Notes: generated from the letters alone by a model not told the origin. DNA of 64,000 nucleotides from Bdellovibrio sp. ZAP7 (GCA_945878405.1 CAMCTJ010000001.1:70304-134303); one strand, 5' to 3'. Shown: positions 9,356 to 20,134, counted from the stretch's first letter. Program-made: numbers and translations.

Positions 9356-10294
9356 GTGCTAAAATATTCTTTTATCCCCTCTCGGCCACTTATGACAATC
9401 GAACAACTTCCGCAACTAGCACAGTCAGGTGTTTATCTTATCTCAAGAGACAAAAAGGTTTCTGTCTCTCTTGAAGATTTTCTCGTAATCACTCTTCATT
9501 CACCTTCCAGTACTTCCACTGCCCTGATCTTACAAAGCGCTGGTGAACACCGCGCAGATTTTCTAAATCAGTTAGATAAGGTTTACGAAAAATATGCCTC
9601 GTTATCCGATGTCGATTCCAATCTTATTCAAGGTAAGGTTTTTGGAGCGGGCAATCGATTTTCATTACTATTAACTACCTTGCGTAGCTGGTTAAAAAGA
9701 AATCATATTCCGGTTGTGGCAAGTGACCTAGGTCGGGCCCTACCAGGTGAACTCGTTTTAGACGGCTCCTCCGGACGGATAGGAATTCAGTACAGGAAAA
9801 ATGATTGGGACCAGGGGGGATCTCTTCTCTCGACTGGAACGGCTCGAAATCGCTCTTACCAGAGTCCCTCATCACATCAGGTTTTGGTTTTATCTAAGAG
9901 TTCAGTGGTCAGGACGTTAGCTCAACAATCGATTGAGGAGGAAGCTCAATGGTCTGCGTCTTGCCCAGAATCCCTAGATGATACCACCCTCTCGACCTTA
10001 GCTAAAACCAAGTGGTCAGCCATTATCCTTTCAGATGAGTTAAAAACAGAAAATAAGATCATGAACACTCTGGTTAAATATTCCGAAGCTAATCCCAATG
10101 TACCCATGGCTTGGATTGGGGCAGAACTTCCGTCTTGGAAAAATGAAATCAGTCGACTTCGTCTTCTGCCTCCACTCGAACCTTTCTTGATTCCTCATTT
10201 CAAAAGAATCCTCAAGCAGAGCATGTTAGATTCGTCGATGTCCGAAACTTCTGAGACGCTAAACTTCTCTAAGCGAAAAAAATCCGGTTCTTAA
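9356..10294 (+). CDS. CheD-like (chemoreceptor glutamine deamidase) domain protein with a roughly 160-aa C-terminal extension
   Basis: Residues about 90-150 (IQGKVFGAGNRFSLL...RNHIPVVASDLGRALPGELVLDGSSGRIGIQY) follow the CheD C-terminal motif K.FGGA.MF...GI.VVAEDLGG..GRKV.F...G.V.V. The rest is unrecognised. Sits immediately downstream of fliC. Confidence 0.4.
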   Translation: MLKYSFIPSRPLMTIEQLPQLAQSGVYLISRDKKVSVSLEDFLVITLHSPSSTSTALILQSAGEHRADFLNQLDKVYEKYASLSDVDSNLIQGKVFGAGNRFSLLLTTLRSWLKRNHIPVVASDLGRALPGELVLDGSSGRIGIQYRKNDWDQGGSLLSTGTARNRSYQSPSSHQVLVLSKSSVVRTLAQQSIEEEAQWSASCPESLDDTTLSTLAKTKWSAIILSDELKTENKIMNTLVKYSEANPNVPMAWIGAELPSWKNEISRLRLLPPLEPFLIPHFKRILKQSMLDSSMSETSETLNFSKRKKSGS

Positions 10295-11397
10295 GCTGAT
10301 TGATCGAGAATTCTTTTCTCACTGGCTTCTCTAAGAACAATCGTTACCGTTTCTAATTTTCTATTCCTATAAAACTGAACCCGAACTGAGTCTCCCACTT
10401 TTTTTTCACTTAAAAAATCGCGGATATCTCGAAGAGAGCCTACAGCGACGTCATCTAGTTGAACGATAACATCTCCATCAATAGGGATTCGGTAAAACCC
10501 CACAATTAATTCTTTCGTGGCCGCCTTAAGGCCTGAACGATTTGCGGCTTCACCTTTCATTATTTGCGTCACCATGACGCCCGCCTCTTTTGGAATTTTT
10601 AAGTAAGCAAGAACTCTTTGATCCAATCCAACGCCATAGAGTCCCAGTTCTGGGCGGGTCACTCGACCAAATTGAATGAGTTGATCCACAATTTTCTTTA
10701 CCGTTTTCCCGTTAATGGCAAATCCAATCCCTTCGTTTCCCCCACTTTTTGAGACAATCTGAGCGTTGATACCAATTAATTTCCCAGCGCTATCGAGCAA
10801 AGGGCCGCCAGAGTTTCCCGGGTTAATAGCTGCGTCTGTTTGAATCACATCTTTTAAAAGTCCCTCAGAAGGAGTTCGAATGTCTCTTCCCAGCGAACTG
10901 ATAATGCCAACCGATAATGAACCACCTAAACCAAAGGGGTTACCGATAGCCAAAACTTTTTGTCCGACATTTAAGGAACCTAAGTTGTAATCAAGAACAC
11001 TCATCCGGGTGGGGGGGTTTATTTTTAAAACAGCTAAATCTGTACTGGGATCCGTCCCAACTACTTTGGCTGGCAAGGTTGTTTTGTCATGCAAAGTAAC
11101 TTCAACGTTTTGGGCGTCTCCGATGACATGATCGTTAGTAACGATATACCCATCACTTCGGATAATGGCCCCACTGCCCACCCCCCGTTGTGGAATAATG
11201 TCGAAAAAGAAATCTCGTCTCAAAGTGGTCGCTGTAATATTCACCACCGCGGAATGACATTTTTGATAAACTTCGATGTTATTTTTTTCATCCGTCGAAT
11301 TTCCAAAGGCCATGACTCCCGCAATGCTCACCCAAAAACTCAACTTTTTAAAAATCCTCATTTTTTCCTCTGAATATGCTTTTGCTATGATTGACAC
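10291..11397 (-). CDS. Periplasmic serine endoprotease, HtrA/DegP/DegQ family (trypsin-like domain plus PDZ)
   Basis: Catalytic triad motifs present: TNDHVIGD, DLAVLKI and GNSGGPLLD. C-terminal PDZ-like region. N-terminal signal peptide. Confidence 0.9.
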   Translation of the reverse strand: MSIIAKAYSEEKMRIFKKLSFWVSIAGVMAFGNSTDEKNNIEVYQKCHSAVVNITATTLRRDFFFDIIPQRGVGSGAIIRSDGYIVTNDHVIGDAQNVEVTLHDKTTLPAKVVGTDPSTDLAVLKINPPTRMSVLDYNLGSLNVGQKVLAIGNPFGLGGSLSVGIISSLGRDIRTPSEGLLKDVIQTDAAINPGNSGGPLLDSAGKLIGINAQIVSKSGGNEGIGFAINGKTVKKIVDQLIQFGRVTRPELGLYGVGLDQRVLAYLKIPKEAGVMVTQIMKGEAANRSGLKAATKELIVGFYRIPIDGDVIVQLDDVAVGSLRDIRDFLSEKKVGDSVRVQFYRNRKLETVTIVLREASEKRILDQSA

Positions 11398-11466
11398 CCC
11401 TCAGACCACTTACTAGACTCCGGGGCGTAAATTTAAATTATTTTACTATTTTTCAAAGGTGTCCAT

Positions 11467-12690
11467 ATGGCTCAAATGGGTGAAAAAATTACTTTTAGTG
11501 GTAACCGAATAATTCAAGTTCCAGATTGCCCTATCATTCCTTTCATAGAGGGCGACGGAACGGGCCCCGATATTTGGAAAGCATCCCAGAAAGTATTTGA
11601 TGCTGCGGTGCAAAAAAGCTTCGGTGGCAAGAAGAAGATCGTATGGAAAGAAATTTTGGCCGGAGAAAAGGCTTTTAAGAACACAGGAAATTGGCTTCCT
11701 GAAGAAACCCTAGAAGCTATTAAAACCTATTCGGTAGCCATTAAAGGGCCTTTGACCACACCTGTCGGCGGAGGGATCCGTTCTCTCAACGTAGCTTTAC
11801 GGCAACTGCTCGATTTGTACTCATGCATTCGACCGGTTCGTTATTTTCAAGGTGTGCCTAGCCCAGTAAGAGAACCGGAAAAAGTTGATATGGTGATTTT
11901 CAGAGAAAACACAGAAGATGTTTATTCTGGCATCGAATGGAAGAGCGGAACTCCCGAAGCTAAGAAAGTTATTGATTTTTTGAATTCGGAAATGGGGACT
12001 AAGCTAAAAGCGACAGCTGGAATCGGTATTAAACCGATTACCCCTGAAGGTACAAAACGCCTGGTCCGAATGGCCGTCGAATATGCCCTAAAACGTGGTC
12101 GAAAGAGTGTAACCCTTGTCCATAAGGGTAACATTATGAAGTTCACGGAAGGAGCATTCAAAGAATGGGGATATGCCCTAACCAAGGAAGAATTTGCAAA
12201 AGAGACCATTACAGAAGATGACGTTTATAAGGATCATCAAGGTAAAACACCCGCTGGAAAACTTTTGATCAAAGATAGAATTGCGGACAATATGTTCCAA
12301 CAAGCTCTTCTTCGACCTGAAGAATATTCTGTTTTGGCGACTCCCAATCTTAACGGGGATTATCTGAGTGATTTACTAGCTGCTCAGGTTGGGGGACTCG
12401 GAATTGCCCCCGGAGCCAATGTGGGCGATCATGGTGCGGTATTTGAAGCTACTCACGGAACAGCCCCCAAATATGCTGGCCTAGACAAAGTTAATCCCGG
12501 GAGCGTCATCCTCAGTGGAGTGATGATGCTTGAGTATCTGGGTTGGGATGCTGCTGCAGACGCGATCACCAAAGCAATGGAAAAGACGATTACTCAAAAA
12601 GTTGTGACTTATGATTTTGCGCGATTGATGCCCGGAGCTAAAGAAGTCAAATGCTCAGAGTTTGCAGACGCGATCATCAGTAACCTTTAA
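11467..12690 (+). CDS. icd: Isocitrate dehydrogenase (NADP-dependent)
   Basis: [14 protein letters not shown] near the N-terminus plus ...NLNGDYLSD...[11 protein letters not shown] motifs. 407 aa is typical of prokaryotic homodimeric IDH. Confidence 0.95.
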   Translation: MAQMGEKITFSGNRIIQVPDCPIIPFIEGDGTGPDIWKASQKVFDAAVQKSFGGKKKIVWKEILAGEKAFKNTGNWLPEETLEAIKTYSVAIKGPLTTPVGGGIRSLNVALRQLLDLYSCIRPVRYFQGVPSPVREPEKVDMVIFRENTEDVYSGIEWKSGTPEAKKVIDFLNSEMGTKLKATAGIGIKPITPEGTKRLVRMAVEYALKRGRKSVTLVHKGNIMKFTEGAFKEWGYALTKEEFAKETITEDDVYKDHQGKTPAGKLLIKDRIADNMFQQALLRPEEYSVLATPNLNGDYLSDLLAAQVGGLGIAPGANVGDHGAVFEATHGTAPKYAGLDKVNPGSVILSGVMMLEYLGWDAAADAITKAMEKTITQKVVTYDFARLMPGAKEVKCSEFADAIISNL

Positions 12691-12707
12691 AAGAAAGTAG
12701 GTTCGTT

Positions 12708-13649
12708 ATGTTAAGAAGACCGAAAGTCTCCATTATTGGAGCAGGAAATGTCGGTGCAACTGCCGCTCATTGGATTGCTGCTAAGGAATTAGCCGACGTA
12801 GTGCTTGTCGATGTCGCCGAAGGAATTCCGCAAGGAAAAGCGCTAGACCTTCTTCAGTCAGGTCCTGTGGAAGATTTTGACGTGAAAGTCATCGGAACGA
12901 ATGATTATGGTCCTACTGAGAACTCTGACGTAGTGGTGATTACAGCGGGTCTTCCTAGAAAACCGGGAATGTCTCGAGATGACCTTCTTAAGATCAACGC
13001 TAATATTGTGACGCAGGTCACTCAGCAAGTTTGCAAATACTCTCCTAATGCAATTTTAATCGTGGTGTCGAATCCTCTCGATGCGATGGCTTATGTTGCG
13101 AAAAAAGTATCGGGTTTCCCCCGTAATCGAGTCATTGGAATGGCTGGGGTTTTGGACTCAGCTCGCTTCTGCACTTTCGTTGCTGAAGCTGCTGGTGTGA
13201 GCGTCGAGGATGTTCATGGTTTTGTTTATGGTGGGCATGGTGACACCATGGTGCCAATGACAAGGTTCTGTTCCGTTGCGGGTGTTCCCTTGGATAAGTT
13301 CTTAAGCCAGGAAAAAATTGCACAGATCGTAGACAGGGCTAAGAACGGCGGAATTGAAATTGTTAACTACCTCAAAACAGGTTCTGCTTACTACGCTCCT
13401 TCCGCATCAGCAGTCCAGATGGTTGAAGCCATCATTAAGGATAAGAAGAGAATTCTTCCCTGTGCTGTCTGGTTAGAAGGGGAATATGGAATTTCTAATC
13501 TCTTCGTTGGAGTTTTGGCAAAGCTGGGCGCTAACGGAATGGAAAAAGTAATCGAGTTAGATTTGAACGAGACGGAAAAGGCTGGTCTTCATAAGTCAGC
13601 TGAAGCCGTTAAATCCCTAGTGAACGTTTTGGAAGGATCCGCTTCATGA
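12708..13649 (+). CDS. mdh: Malate dehydrogenase (LDH-like MDH)
   Basis: N-terminus [15 protein letters not shown] (Rossmann fold) and ...[18 protein letters not shown]...IVVSNPLD... 313 aa. Confidence 0.95.
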   Translation: MLRRPKVSIIGAGNVGATAAHWIAAKELADVVLVDVAEGIPQGKALDLLQSGPVEDFDVKVIGTNDYGPTENSDVVVITAGLPRKPGMSRDDLLKINANIVTQVTQQVCKYSPNAILIVVSNPLDAMAYVAKKVSGFPRNRVIGMAGVLDSARFCTFVAEAAGVSVEDVHGFVYGGHGDTMVPMTRFCSVAGVPLDKFLSQEKIAQIVDRAKNGGIEIVNYLKTGSAYYAPSASAVQMVEAIIKDKKRILPCAVWLEGEYGISNLFVGVLAKLGANGMEKVIELDLNETEKAGLHKSAEAVKSLVNVLEGSAS

Positions 13650-14815
13650 AAATTCACGAATATCAGGCAAAAGAACTGTTCAGAAAATATCAGATCCCTG
13701 TTCCTAATGGAAAAGCTGCGTTTTCTGTAGACGAAGCAATAGCTGTCGCAAAATCACTCTCGGAAAAAGGTCCTTGGGTAGTAAAAGCCCAGATCCACGC
13801 TGGTGGCAGAGGCAAAGGTGGCGGCGTTAAAGTAGCAAAGACAATGGATGAGGTAACCCAATACGCAAAAAGTATTTTGGGAATGAACCTCGTTACCATC
13901 CAAACCGGTCCCGAAGGCAAAGTAGTTCAGCGACTATTGGTTGAGGACGGAGCTCAAATTGCTAAAGAATATTATGTAGCAATTACTTTAGATCGTGCCG
14001 TCTCCAGACTTTGTATCATGGCCAGTCCTGAAGGGGGCATGGACATCGAGGAGGTTGCCGCTAAAACCCCAGAACGCATTTTTAAACAATGGGTTCATCC
14101 CACACTCGGCCTAAGAGATTTTCAAACAAGAACTCTCGCGAGCCAAATGGGATTCACTGGACCTGCAGCAAAGCAGTTTCAGGACATTCTGAAAAAGCTC
14201 GTTCGTCTGTACATGGAAAATGATGGAACGTTAGTTGAAGTCAATCCTTTGATTCAAAGCAAAGATGGCAGTCTCATGGCTTTGGATGCGAAAGTAGATT
14301 TTGATGAAAACGGCATGTTCCGACACCCTTCTTTTCAAGAACTTCGAGATCTCAATGAAGAAGATCCCAGTGAGACAGCAGCCAAAAAATTTGATCTGAG
14401 TTACATCTCATTGGATGGAAATATCGGATGCATGGTAAATGGCGCGGGTCTTGCGATGGCCACCATGGATATCATAAAGTTAGAAGGCGGAAGCCCAGCT
14501 AACTTCCTCGATGTCGGTGGGGGAGCCACAGAAGAAAAAGTGAAGGAAGCCTTTAAGATCATCCTCCAAGACTCCAAGGTAAAAGCAATCTTGGTGAATA
14601 TCTTCGGCGGAATTATGAAATGTGATGTGATTGCTAAAGGAATCATGGGAGCTGCTCGAGAGCTTAAGCTAACTGTTCCACTCGTTGTTCGCCTTGAAGG
14701 AACAAACGTTCAGCAAGGAAAAGAACTGCTCGAAAAATCAGGACTCAAAATCATCACAGCAACCGGAATGAAAGAAGCGGCTCAAAAAGCAGTCGCAGCT
14801 GCGGAGGCTCACTAA
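13646..14815 (+). CDS. sucC: Succinyl-CoA synthetase beta subunit
   Basis: [15 protein letters not shown]...[21 protein letters not shown]-grasp N-terminus. ATGA coupling with mdh at 13646-13649. Confidence 0.95.
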   Translation: MKIHEYQAKELFRKYQIPVPNGKAAFSVDEAIAVAKSLSEKGPWVVKAQIHAGGRGKGGGVKVAKTMDEVTQYAKSILGMNLVTIQTGPEGKVVQRLLVEDGAQIAKEYYVAITLDRAVSRLCIMASPEGGMDIEEVAAKTPERIFKQWVHPTLGLRDFQTRTLASQMGFTGPAAKQFQDILKKLVRLYMENDGTLVEVNPLIQSKDGSLMALDAKVDFDENGMFRHPSFQELRDLNEEDPSETAAKKFDLSYISLDGNIGCMVNGAGLAMATMDIIKLEGGSPANFLDVGGGATEEKVKEAFKIILQDSKVKAILVNIFGGIMKCDVIAKGIMGAARELKLTVPLVVRLEGTNVQQGKELLEKSGLKIITATGMKEAAQKAVAAAEAH

Positions 14816-15690
14816 TGGCCATTTACGTTGATAAAAATACTCGTTTATTAGTTCAAGGAATCACGGGACAGGCAGGCGCCTTTCATACAAAGGCGTGCAA
14901 GGAATACGGGACCCAAGTAGTTGGCGGCGTCACACCTGGAAAAGGTGGAGAAACGTTTGAGGGTACTCCTATCTTCAACTCAGTAAAGGAAGCGATTAAA
15001 AACACTGGGGCTAACGCCACTATGATTTATGTTCCCGCTGCTTTTGCTGCTGACGCTATTGTGGAAGCTGCAGATGCCGGAATTCAGACGATAGTCTGTA
15101 TTACGGAAGGTATTCCGCCTCTGGATATGATTGCAGTAAAAGAATACTTAAAGACCACTGACAGCGTTTTGATTGGTCCCAACTGCCCTGGAGTTATCAC
15201 TCCCGGACAATGCAAAATTGGAATTATGCCCGGATATATCCACAAACCTGGAAACATTGGCGTAGTTTCCAGAAGCGGTACATTGACCTATGAGGCGGTT
15301 CACCAGCTGACTCAAAGAGGGATTGGTCAATCTACGTGTGTGGGAATAGGCGGAGATCCTGTTCAGGGAGAAGCTTTTATCGATGTTCTGAAGAGATTCA
15401 ATCAGGATCCCGAAACTCATGCGGTAATTATGATTGGGGAGATTGGCGGCTCCGCCGAAGAGGCGGCAGCTGATTGGATTAAGTCGCATATGAAAAAGCC
15501 AGTCGTTGGTTTTATCGGTGGCCAGACTGCTCCCCCTGGAAAACGTATGGGTCACGCTGGAGCGATCATCAGTGGTGGTAGTGGAAAAGCTTCAGATAAA
15601 ATCGCGGCTTTAGAAAAAGCTGGAGTCTTAGTAAGTCTGAGCCCTGCGTCTCTTGGTGAGACCATGGAAAGAGCTTTAAAAAATAGATAG
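14815..15690 (+). CDS. sucD: Succinyl-CoA synthetase alpha subunit
   Basis: ...[12 protein letters not shown]...[10 protein letters not shown]... with the active-site His in ...[10 protein letters not shown]. Start overlaps the sucC stop. Confidence 0.95.
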   Translation: MAIYVDKNTRLLVQGITGQAGAFHTKACKEYGTQVVGGVTPGKGGETFEGTPIFNSVKEAIKNTGANATMIYVPAAFAADAIVEAADAGIQTIVCITEGIPPLDMIAVKEYLKTTDSVLIGPNCPGVITPGQCKIGIMPGYIHKPGNIGVVSRSGTLTYEAVHQLTQRGIGQSTCVGIGGDPVQGEAFIDVLKRFNQDPETHAVIMIGEIGGSAEEAAADWIKSHMKKPVVGFIGGQTAPPGKRMGHAGAIISGGSGKASDKIAALEKAGVLVSLSPASLGETMERALKNR

Positions 15691-15700
15691 GAGTAATCAC

Positions 15701-16099
15701 ATGGAAAGAACCTTAGGAATTATTAAACCTAACTCTGTTAACAATAATCACGTTGGTAAGATTTTGGCCATCGGCGAAGAAGCTGGCCTGAAGATTGTTG
15801 AAATGAAGATGAAAAAGCTTACCAAAGAAGAAGCTGGTGGCTTTTATGCTGAACATAAAGAGCGTCCATTTTATCAGAGCTTAGTGAATTTCATGACCAG
15901 TGGACCAGTAGTACTTCTTGTTTGGGAAGGAAACGGAGCTGTTGAGAAATGGAGACAGGTAATGGGAGCTACGGACCCCGCAAAAGCCGCTCCTGGAACC
16001 ATTCGAAAGTTGTTTGCAGATAGCATCGAAGCAAACAGCGTTCATGGCTCGGACAGCGCTGCTTCTGCTAACAGAGAAACTGAGTTCTTCTTTCACTAA
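15701..16099 (+). CDS. ndk: Nucleoside diphosphate kinase
   Basis: [10 protein letters not shown]...NSVHGSDS (active-site His) is canonical NDK. 132 aa. Confidence 0.95.
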   Translation: MERTLGIIKPNSVNNNHVGKILAIGEEAGLKIVEMKMKKLTKEEAGGFYAEHKERPFYQSLVNFMTSGPVVLLVWEGNGAVEKWRQVMGATDPAKAAPGTIRKLFADSIEANSVHGSDSAASANRETEFFFH

Positions 16100-17682
16100 G
16101 CAACTTTTTTTCCCTTTTTTCTGCTCAACTCTTGAAATTGGGTCATTGCTCGCTCGAAGTGTGTCCGCTCCAACGGAAGACGGAGATTTCCGTCAATGGT
16201 GGAGTTTTCTCGATTGATGGGAAGGAGATTTTCGGGCGATGCACAGGCAAAAATGGGGATGTTCTGCATTTGAAGATCATGTTTGAGTATCTTTGCGGCA
16301 TTTTCGTCACTGAGCTTATTAAGATTAGAACCAACTAAAATAACTTGGGGTTGATGAAAGTGGGCCATTGTGACCATCTCAATGCCATCTTTTGCAAAGA
16401 CTGGCTCAAAGCCCCAGCGAGTGACAACGTCGCTTAGACTCTGCAATTGATCCTTGCCTGCGTCCACCAACAATATTTTTGAAGTCTTCTTTGTTCCTTT
16501 TTCCTGTCGTTTTGTTTCACTGAGCACGTGAGGGAAAAGAACAAAGAAGGTCGACCCTTCTCCCTCAACACTTTTCACCCACAGGTTTCCGTCGTGAAGA
16601 TGGGAGATCTGTTTAGCCACACTCAAACCAAGGCCACGTCCTTCCACCCGGCTGTAATCTTTAATTTGGCTAAATCGATTGAATATCTTTTGAACTTCAG
16701 CTTCCGGGATTCCCCTACCCTCATCGCGAACTCCCACAATAAGCATGGGATAAGGAGGATCTGCTTTTCTTCTCCCTTTGAAGCTGAGAACAGAAAGATA
16801 GATTCGCTTTCCAGGATCTGTAAACTTTATGGCATTCACTAATAAGTTTTGGAACAACTGATGGATTCTATCGGGATCGATGAGGACTTTCCAATTTGAG
16901 AGCGGATTGTCATATCTGAGCTCGATGTTTTTTTGTTTGGCTTGGAAAGCGTAATCCTGATGAAGATTTTTCAGGAACTTATCTAAATCAACCATCTGGT
17001 ACTCAGGTTTCAGGCCTTGCTCATAGGCCATTACATCCAGAAGATCATTTACCAGACGAATTCCGTGTTCCGCTTGGCGTTTTGATCGATCCACTAGCTC
17101 TGTTTGAGTAGGGTTTAACTGATTGGTCTCTGAAAGCAGCAAAGACAAACTGGAATGGATCAACCCTAAGGGCGATCGTAAATCGTGGGCACAAACACTT
17201 AAGAACTCCTCTCGTTGAGAAAGAACCGTCTCAGCTCTTGCCTCTTTCATCAAGAGCTCTCTTACTTGCCGTTTGAGTTCAGATTTCTGATAAACACGGA
17301 GAGACCGGAGCTCTAGTCGAAGCCCAAGGTCCTCGGTGTTATCCCGAATGCAAATCATTTCATCCAAACCAGAGCCTTCAAGGGTACCGAGCTGATCTTC
17401 CGTGGGTTTGTCATAAACCCACGTGTTCACTCGGCTTGGATTGCCAGGCAAAAGCCCCATCACTTCTAAAATTTTTCGAACCCATCGCAGGTCTGGCTCA
17501 CTGAAGAAAATATATTTTTGGTCTTGGGGAACGTGTTGGTTCAACCAATCAAAGGTAGGAATTTCATCGGGTACGTTGAGAGAGGTGACTTGATGTTCTG
17601 ATTTTTCTAATTTTGAAACGAACTCGGCAAAAGGAGGAGCAAGCGGACTGGTTCCCCTAATAATCCATAGAATCGACGCCAT
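16096..17682 (-). CDS. Hybrid sensor histidine kinase (HisKA plus HATPase_c) with a C-terminal receiver-like domain that lacks the conserved phospho-acceptor Asp
   Basis: H-box ...[12 protein letters not shown]. Downstream ATPase N, G1 and G2 boxes ([27 protein letters not shown]). The C-terminal [10 protein letters not shown]...QVILVGSNL is REC-like, but the phospho-acceptor position reads G. No TM segments. Confidence 0.8.
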   Translation of the reverse strand: MASILWIIRGTSPLAPPFAEFVSKLEKSEHQVTSLNVPDEIPTFDWLNQHVPQDQKYIFFSEPDLRWVRKILEVMGLLPGNPSRVNTWVYDKPTEDQLGTLEGSGLDEMICIRDNTEDLGLRLELRSLRVYQKSELKRQVRELLMKEARAETVLSQREEFLSVCAHDLRSPLGLIHSSLSLLLSETNQLNPTQTELVDRSKRQAEHGIRLVNDLLDVMAYEQGLKPEYQMVDLDKFLKNLHQDYAFQAKQKNIELRYDNPLSNWKVLIDPDRIHQLFQNLLVNAIKFTDPGKRIYLSVLSFKGRRKADPPYPMLIVGVRDEGRGIPEAEVQKIFNRFSQIKDYSRVEGRGLGLSVAKQISHLHDGNLWVKSVEGEGSTFFVLFPHVLSETKRQEKGTKKTSKILLVDAGKDQLQSLSDVVTRWGFEPVFAKDGIEMVTMAHFHQPQVILVGSNLNKLSDENAAKILKHDLQMQNIPIFACASPENLLPINRENSTIDGNLRLPLERTHFERAMTQFQELSRKKGKKVA

Positions 17683-17744
17683 CTTTCCCCCAAGGATGAA
17701 ATTCCTTAATAAGGATCGGAAAAAAGTGGGAACTTCTTGATGGA

Positions 17745-18368
17745 TTAAGGTGCTTTGTGAAGAAATGTTTTCTTAAGGCGGGCTAGATTTTCCTGATGCC
17801 GAAACACCATTATAACGCACAAAGTCACAATCATGATTCCTATGGCGTTTCCGGGCCATCGGAAAATCAAATAGAGAATGCAACTAACAACCCCGGCCAA
17901 TGAACCAACCGCACTGATGCGGCTTAACTTAAGAAAAACTAAGTAAACAAGGCCTCCTATGAGTGCACAATTGGGATCTACGACCAAAATACACCCCAGA
18001 CTAGTTGCTACTCCCTTTCCGCCTTTAAATCCTAAAAAAACGCTGAAACAATGCCCCAAGACAAGAGCAATTCCCATAAGGCAAATAAGCCAAGGCAACT
18101 CTGGGTACAAAGCACGAATCCCCCAGAGTGGGAGTGCCCCTTTTCCCAGATCAATTAAAAACACGAGGATTCCCGCATACCAACCAAAAATCCGCCTTAC
18201 ATTAGTGGCTCCAATATTTCCACTTCCCATATCACGGACATCTAACCCGTACTTTCTTTTGGAAATAAAGACACCGGTTGGAAAACTGCCAACGAGGTAG
18301 GCCAATAAAATAACCACTAGGTATGTCATCTGAGCCGTTAATCTACGTTGCTTTCCTTTGATTTCCAA
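17745..18368 (-). CDS. plsY: Glycerol-3-phosphate acyltransferase PlsY (acyl-phosphate dependent)
   Basis: GSGNIGATNVRRIFGW...LGKGALP plus later HCFSVFLGFKGGKGVAT motifs. Multi-TM, 207 aa. Confidence 0.9.
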   Translation of the reverse strand: MEIKGKQRRLTAQMTYLVVILLAYLVGSFPTGVFISKRKYGLDVRDMGSGNIGATNVRRIFGWYAGILVFLIDLGKGALPLWGIRALYPELPWLICLMGIALVLGHCFSVFLGFKGGKGVATSLGCILVVDPNCALIGGLVYLVFLKLSRISAVGSLAGVVSCILYLIFRWPGNAIGIMIVTLCVIMVFRHQENLARLKKTFLHKAP

Positions 18369-18416
18369 CTTTTCAAATGGCTCTAACTGTGGAAGGTTTG
18401 GGACTTCGATTTTAAG

Positions 18417-18493
18417 GGGCGGTTAGCTCAGCTGGATAGAGCACATGGCTTCGAACCATGGGGTCAGGAGTTCGAATCTCTTACCGCCCACCA
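18417..18493 (+). tRNA. tRNA-Arg (anticodon TCG)
   Basis: Cloverleaf read by hand: acceptor GGGCGGT/ACCGCCC, D arm GCTC-AGCTGGATA-GAGC, anticodon stem CATGG/CCATG around loop CTTCGAA (anticodon UCG), T arm AGGAG-TTCGAAT-CTCTT, discriminator A, encoded CCA. Confidence 0.85.
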
Positions 18494-18501
18494 TTTTTGT
18501 C

Positions 18502-18969
18502 ATGTCGAAAGAATTATCACTTCAAGAAAAATACTCACCTCAAGGAACTTGTTTTGGGTGCGGGCCTGCAAACCCGAAGGGGCTTCATGTTCGAAGTTTT
18601 CCCGAAGGAGAAAAAGTCGTGGCCGAATGGAAAGCCGAAACCATGCACGAGGCTTTTCCCGGGATAGTCAATGGCGGCATTATTGGGGCGCTTTTGGATT
18701 GCCATTCAAATTGGACTGCTGCTTACACTCTCATGAAAACTCAAGGACTCTCCGCTCCTCCTTGTACGGTAACCGCTGAATTTTCAGTTAAGCTGCACCG
18801 CCCCACTCCTAGCCAACAAGTGATGCGTTTAGAAGCGCGAGCAATCGAAGTAAAAGAAGATTCGGTAATCACTCACGCCGAACTCATCGTGAATGGAAAA
18901 GTTTGCGCTTCGTGCCGAGGAACTTTCGTAGCAGTTAAACCAGGACACCCCGCTTATCATCGTTGGTAG
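18502..18969 (+). CDS. Hotdog-fold acyl-CoA thioesterase (PaaI/4HBT-like)
   Basis: The ORF track extends to 18445, which would overlap the tRNA. Start placed at the internal ATG 18502 (MSKELSLQEK...). ...GIVNGGIIGALLDCHSNWTAAY is typical of the PaaI family. A CFGCGP motif lies near the N-terminus. Confidence 0.65.
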   Translation: MSKELSLQEKYSPQGTCFGCGPANPKGLHVRSFPEGEKVVAEWKAETMHEAFPGIVNGGIIGALLDCHSNWTAAYTLMKTQGLSAPPCTVTAEFSVKLHRPTPSQQVMRLEARAIEVKEDSVITHAELIVNGKVCASCRGTFVAVKPGHPAYHRW

Positions 18970-19217
18970 CCATAAATCTAGCACGATGAGTCGCATAGAT
19001 TCTTTGACAGTAACATACATTACATTATCCTATATCTGTACAAAGCATCGATTGAATCAATCGGCTGTTTGAAAATTTGAAGGTTTGGGATCACGAACTA
19101 CATCTAGATACTTCAGCTTTTGAGTGGTCCCAGTTTTTCCTGGTTTCTGTTTTCATCAAGTTTTCATCTTGAAAAAACATCTTAGAAATCATCCGAGTTA
19201 AAACAGGAAATAGGAAC

Positions 19218-19262
19218 ACAAGCGGGAGCTTCTGCACGGAAGACTCCCGCTTGTTTGTTTTT
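19218..19262 (+). terminator. Rho-independent terminator (plus-strand orientation)
   Basis: ACAAGCGGGAG-(15 nt)-CTCCCGCTTGT perfect 11-bp stem (19218-19228 / 19244-19254) followed by TTGTTTTT. Lies about 250 nt downstream of the thioesterase stop and abuts the dam stop. Confidence 0.5.
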
Positions 19263-20070
19263 AATAAGATTTTGCCAGAATTTCCTCGACCAAACCTCGA
19301 CGATCGCCCTTAGAGTTAATTGATCGGCGAGAAACAATGGTCACCAATTCCCAATTTCGGAATAGCTTTTTTACAAAGGGGGCTGAAGAGTTTGAGATAG
19401 CGACTTGAGCTCCTCGAGCGACAGCTCTTTCAGAAGCTTCCAAGAGCCGGATCTGGTCCTTCTTATTAAATCCTTTAAAAGTGTAACTATTAAAAGAAGA
19501 AGTCACTGAAAGCGGTTCATAGGGAGGATCACAGTAAATAAAATCTCCTGGTCCTGCCAAATCTATGACTTCTTCAAAATCTAAATTGAGCAGTTTGGTT
19601 TTCTTTAACCGCTTAGAGAGTTCCATGATCTGAGGGCGTTCGTAGATTTTGGGCAAACGGGGCCTTTTTCCAAAAGGGACATTAAACTCCCCTCGGGAAT
19701 TTTGACGATAAAGCCCGTTGAAGCAGGTTTTATTAAGAAAAAGAGTGCGTGCCGCTTTCTTTACGTGCAATTTCGGTTTGGCAGCTCTTAATTCGTAGTA
19801 AAACTTTTCTGAATATTTTTCGCCAAGAAGATCTAACTCCCGCATCAGCTGGCGAGGCTCATCGCGAATGATTTCATAAAGATTAGTAATCTCGGTATTA
19901 AAGTCGTTGATCACCGATTTCTTTGCTTGGTCCAGTGCTAAAAAGACTGCCCCTCCCCCAAGGAAAGGTTCAAAGTAGCGATTAAAAGATTGGGGAAAGT
20001 GTTTAATAAGCTGTGGAATGAGGCTCGTCTTTCCACCTGCCCACTTCAAAACCGGTTTCATGACTGGCAA
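19261..20070 (-). CDS. dam: DNA adenine methyltransferase (Dam family, D12 class N6-adenine MTase), orphan
   Basis: N-terminal PVLKWAGGKTSLIPQL (motif I region), FEPFLGGGAV, and the catalytic DPPY tetrapeptide in IYCDPPYEP. No restriction endonuclease gene is adjacent. Confidence 0.85.
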   Translation of the reverse strand: MPVMKPVLKWAGGKTSLIPQLIKHFPQSFNRYFEPFLGGGAVFLALDQAKKSVINDFNTEITNLYEIIRDEPRQLMRELDLLGEKYSEKFYYELRAAKPKLHVKKAARTLFLNKTCFNGLYRQNSRGEFNVPFGKRPRLPKIYERPQIMELSKRLKKTKLLNLDFEEVIDLAGPGDFIYCDPPYEPLSVTSSFNSYTFKGFNKKDQIRLLEASERAVARGAQVAISNSSAPFVKKLFRNWELVTIVSRRSINSKGDRRGLVEEILAKSY

Positions 20071-20134
20071 ACCTTAGAATCAAATTTAGGAAAAGTCCAA
20101 AAACAAAGGTAAAATACTAAAAAAAGGGGGCTCC

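Noticed and set aside
18445-18501. Upstream extension of the thioesterase ORF (track start 18445)
   Set aside because: It would overlap the 3' half of tRNA-Arg on the same strand. The internal ATG at 18502 avoids the tRNA, so the extension is taken as a spurious open frame.
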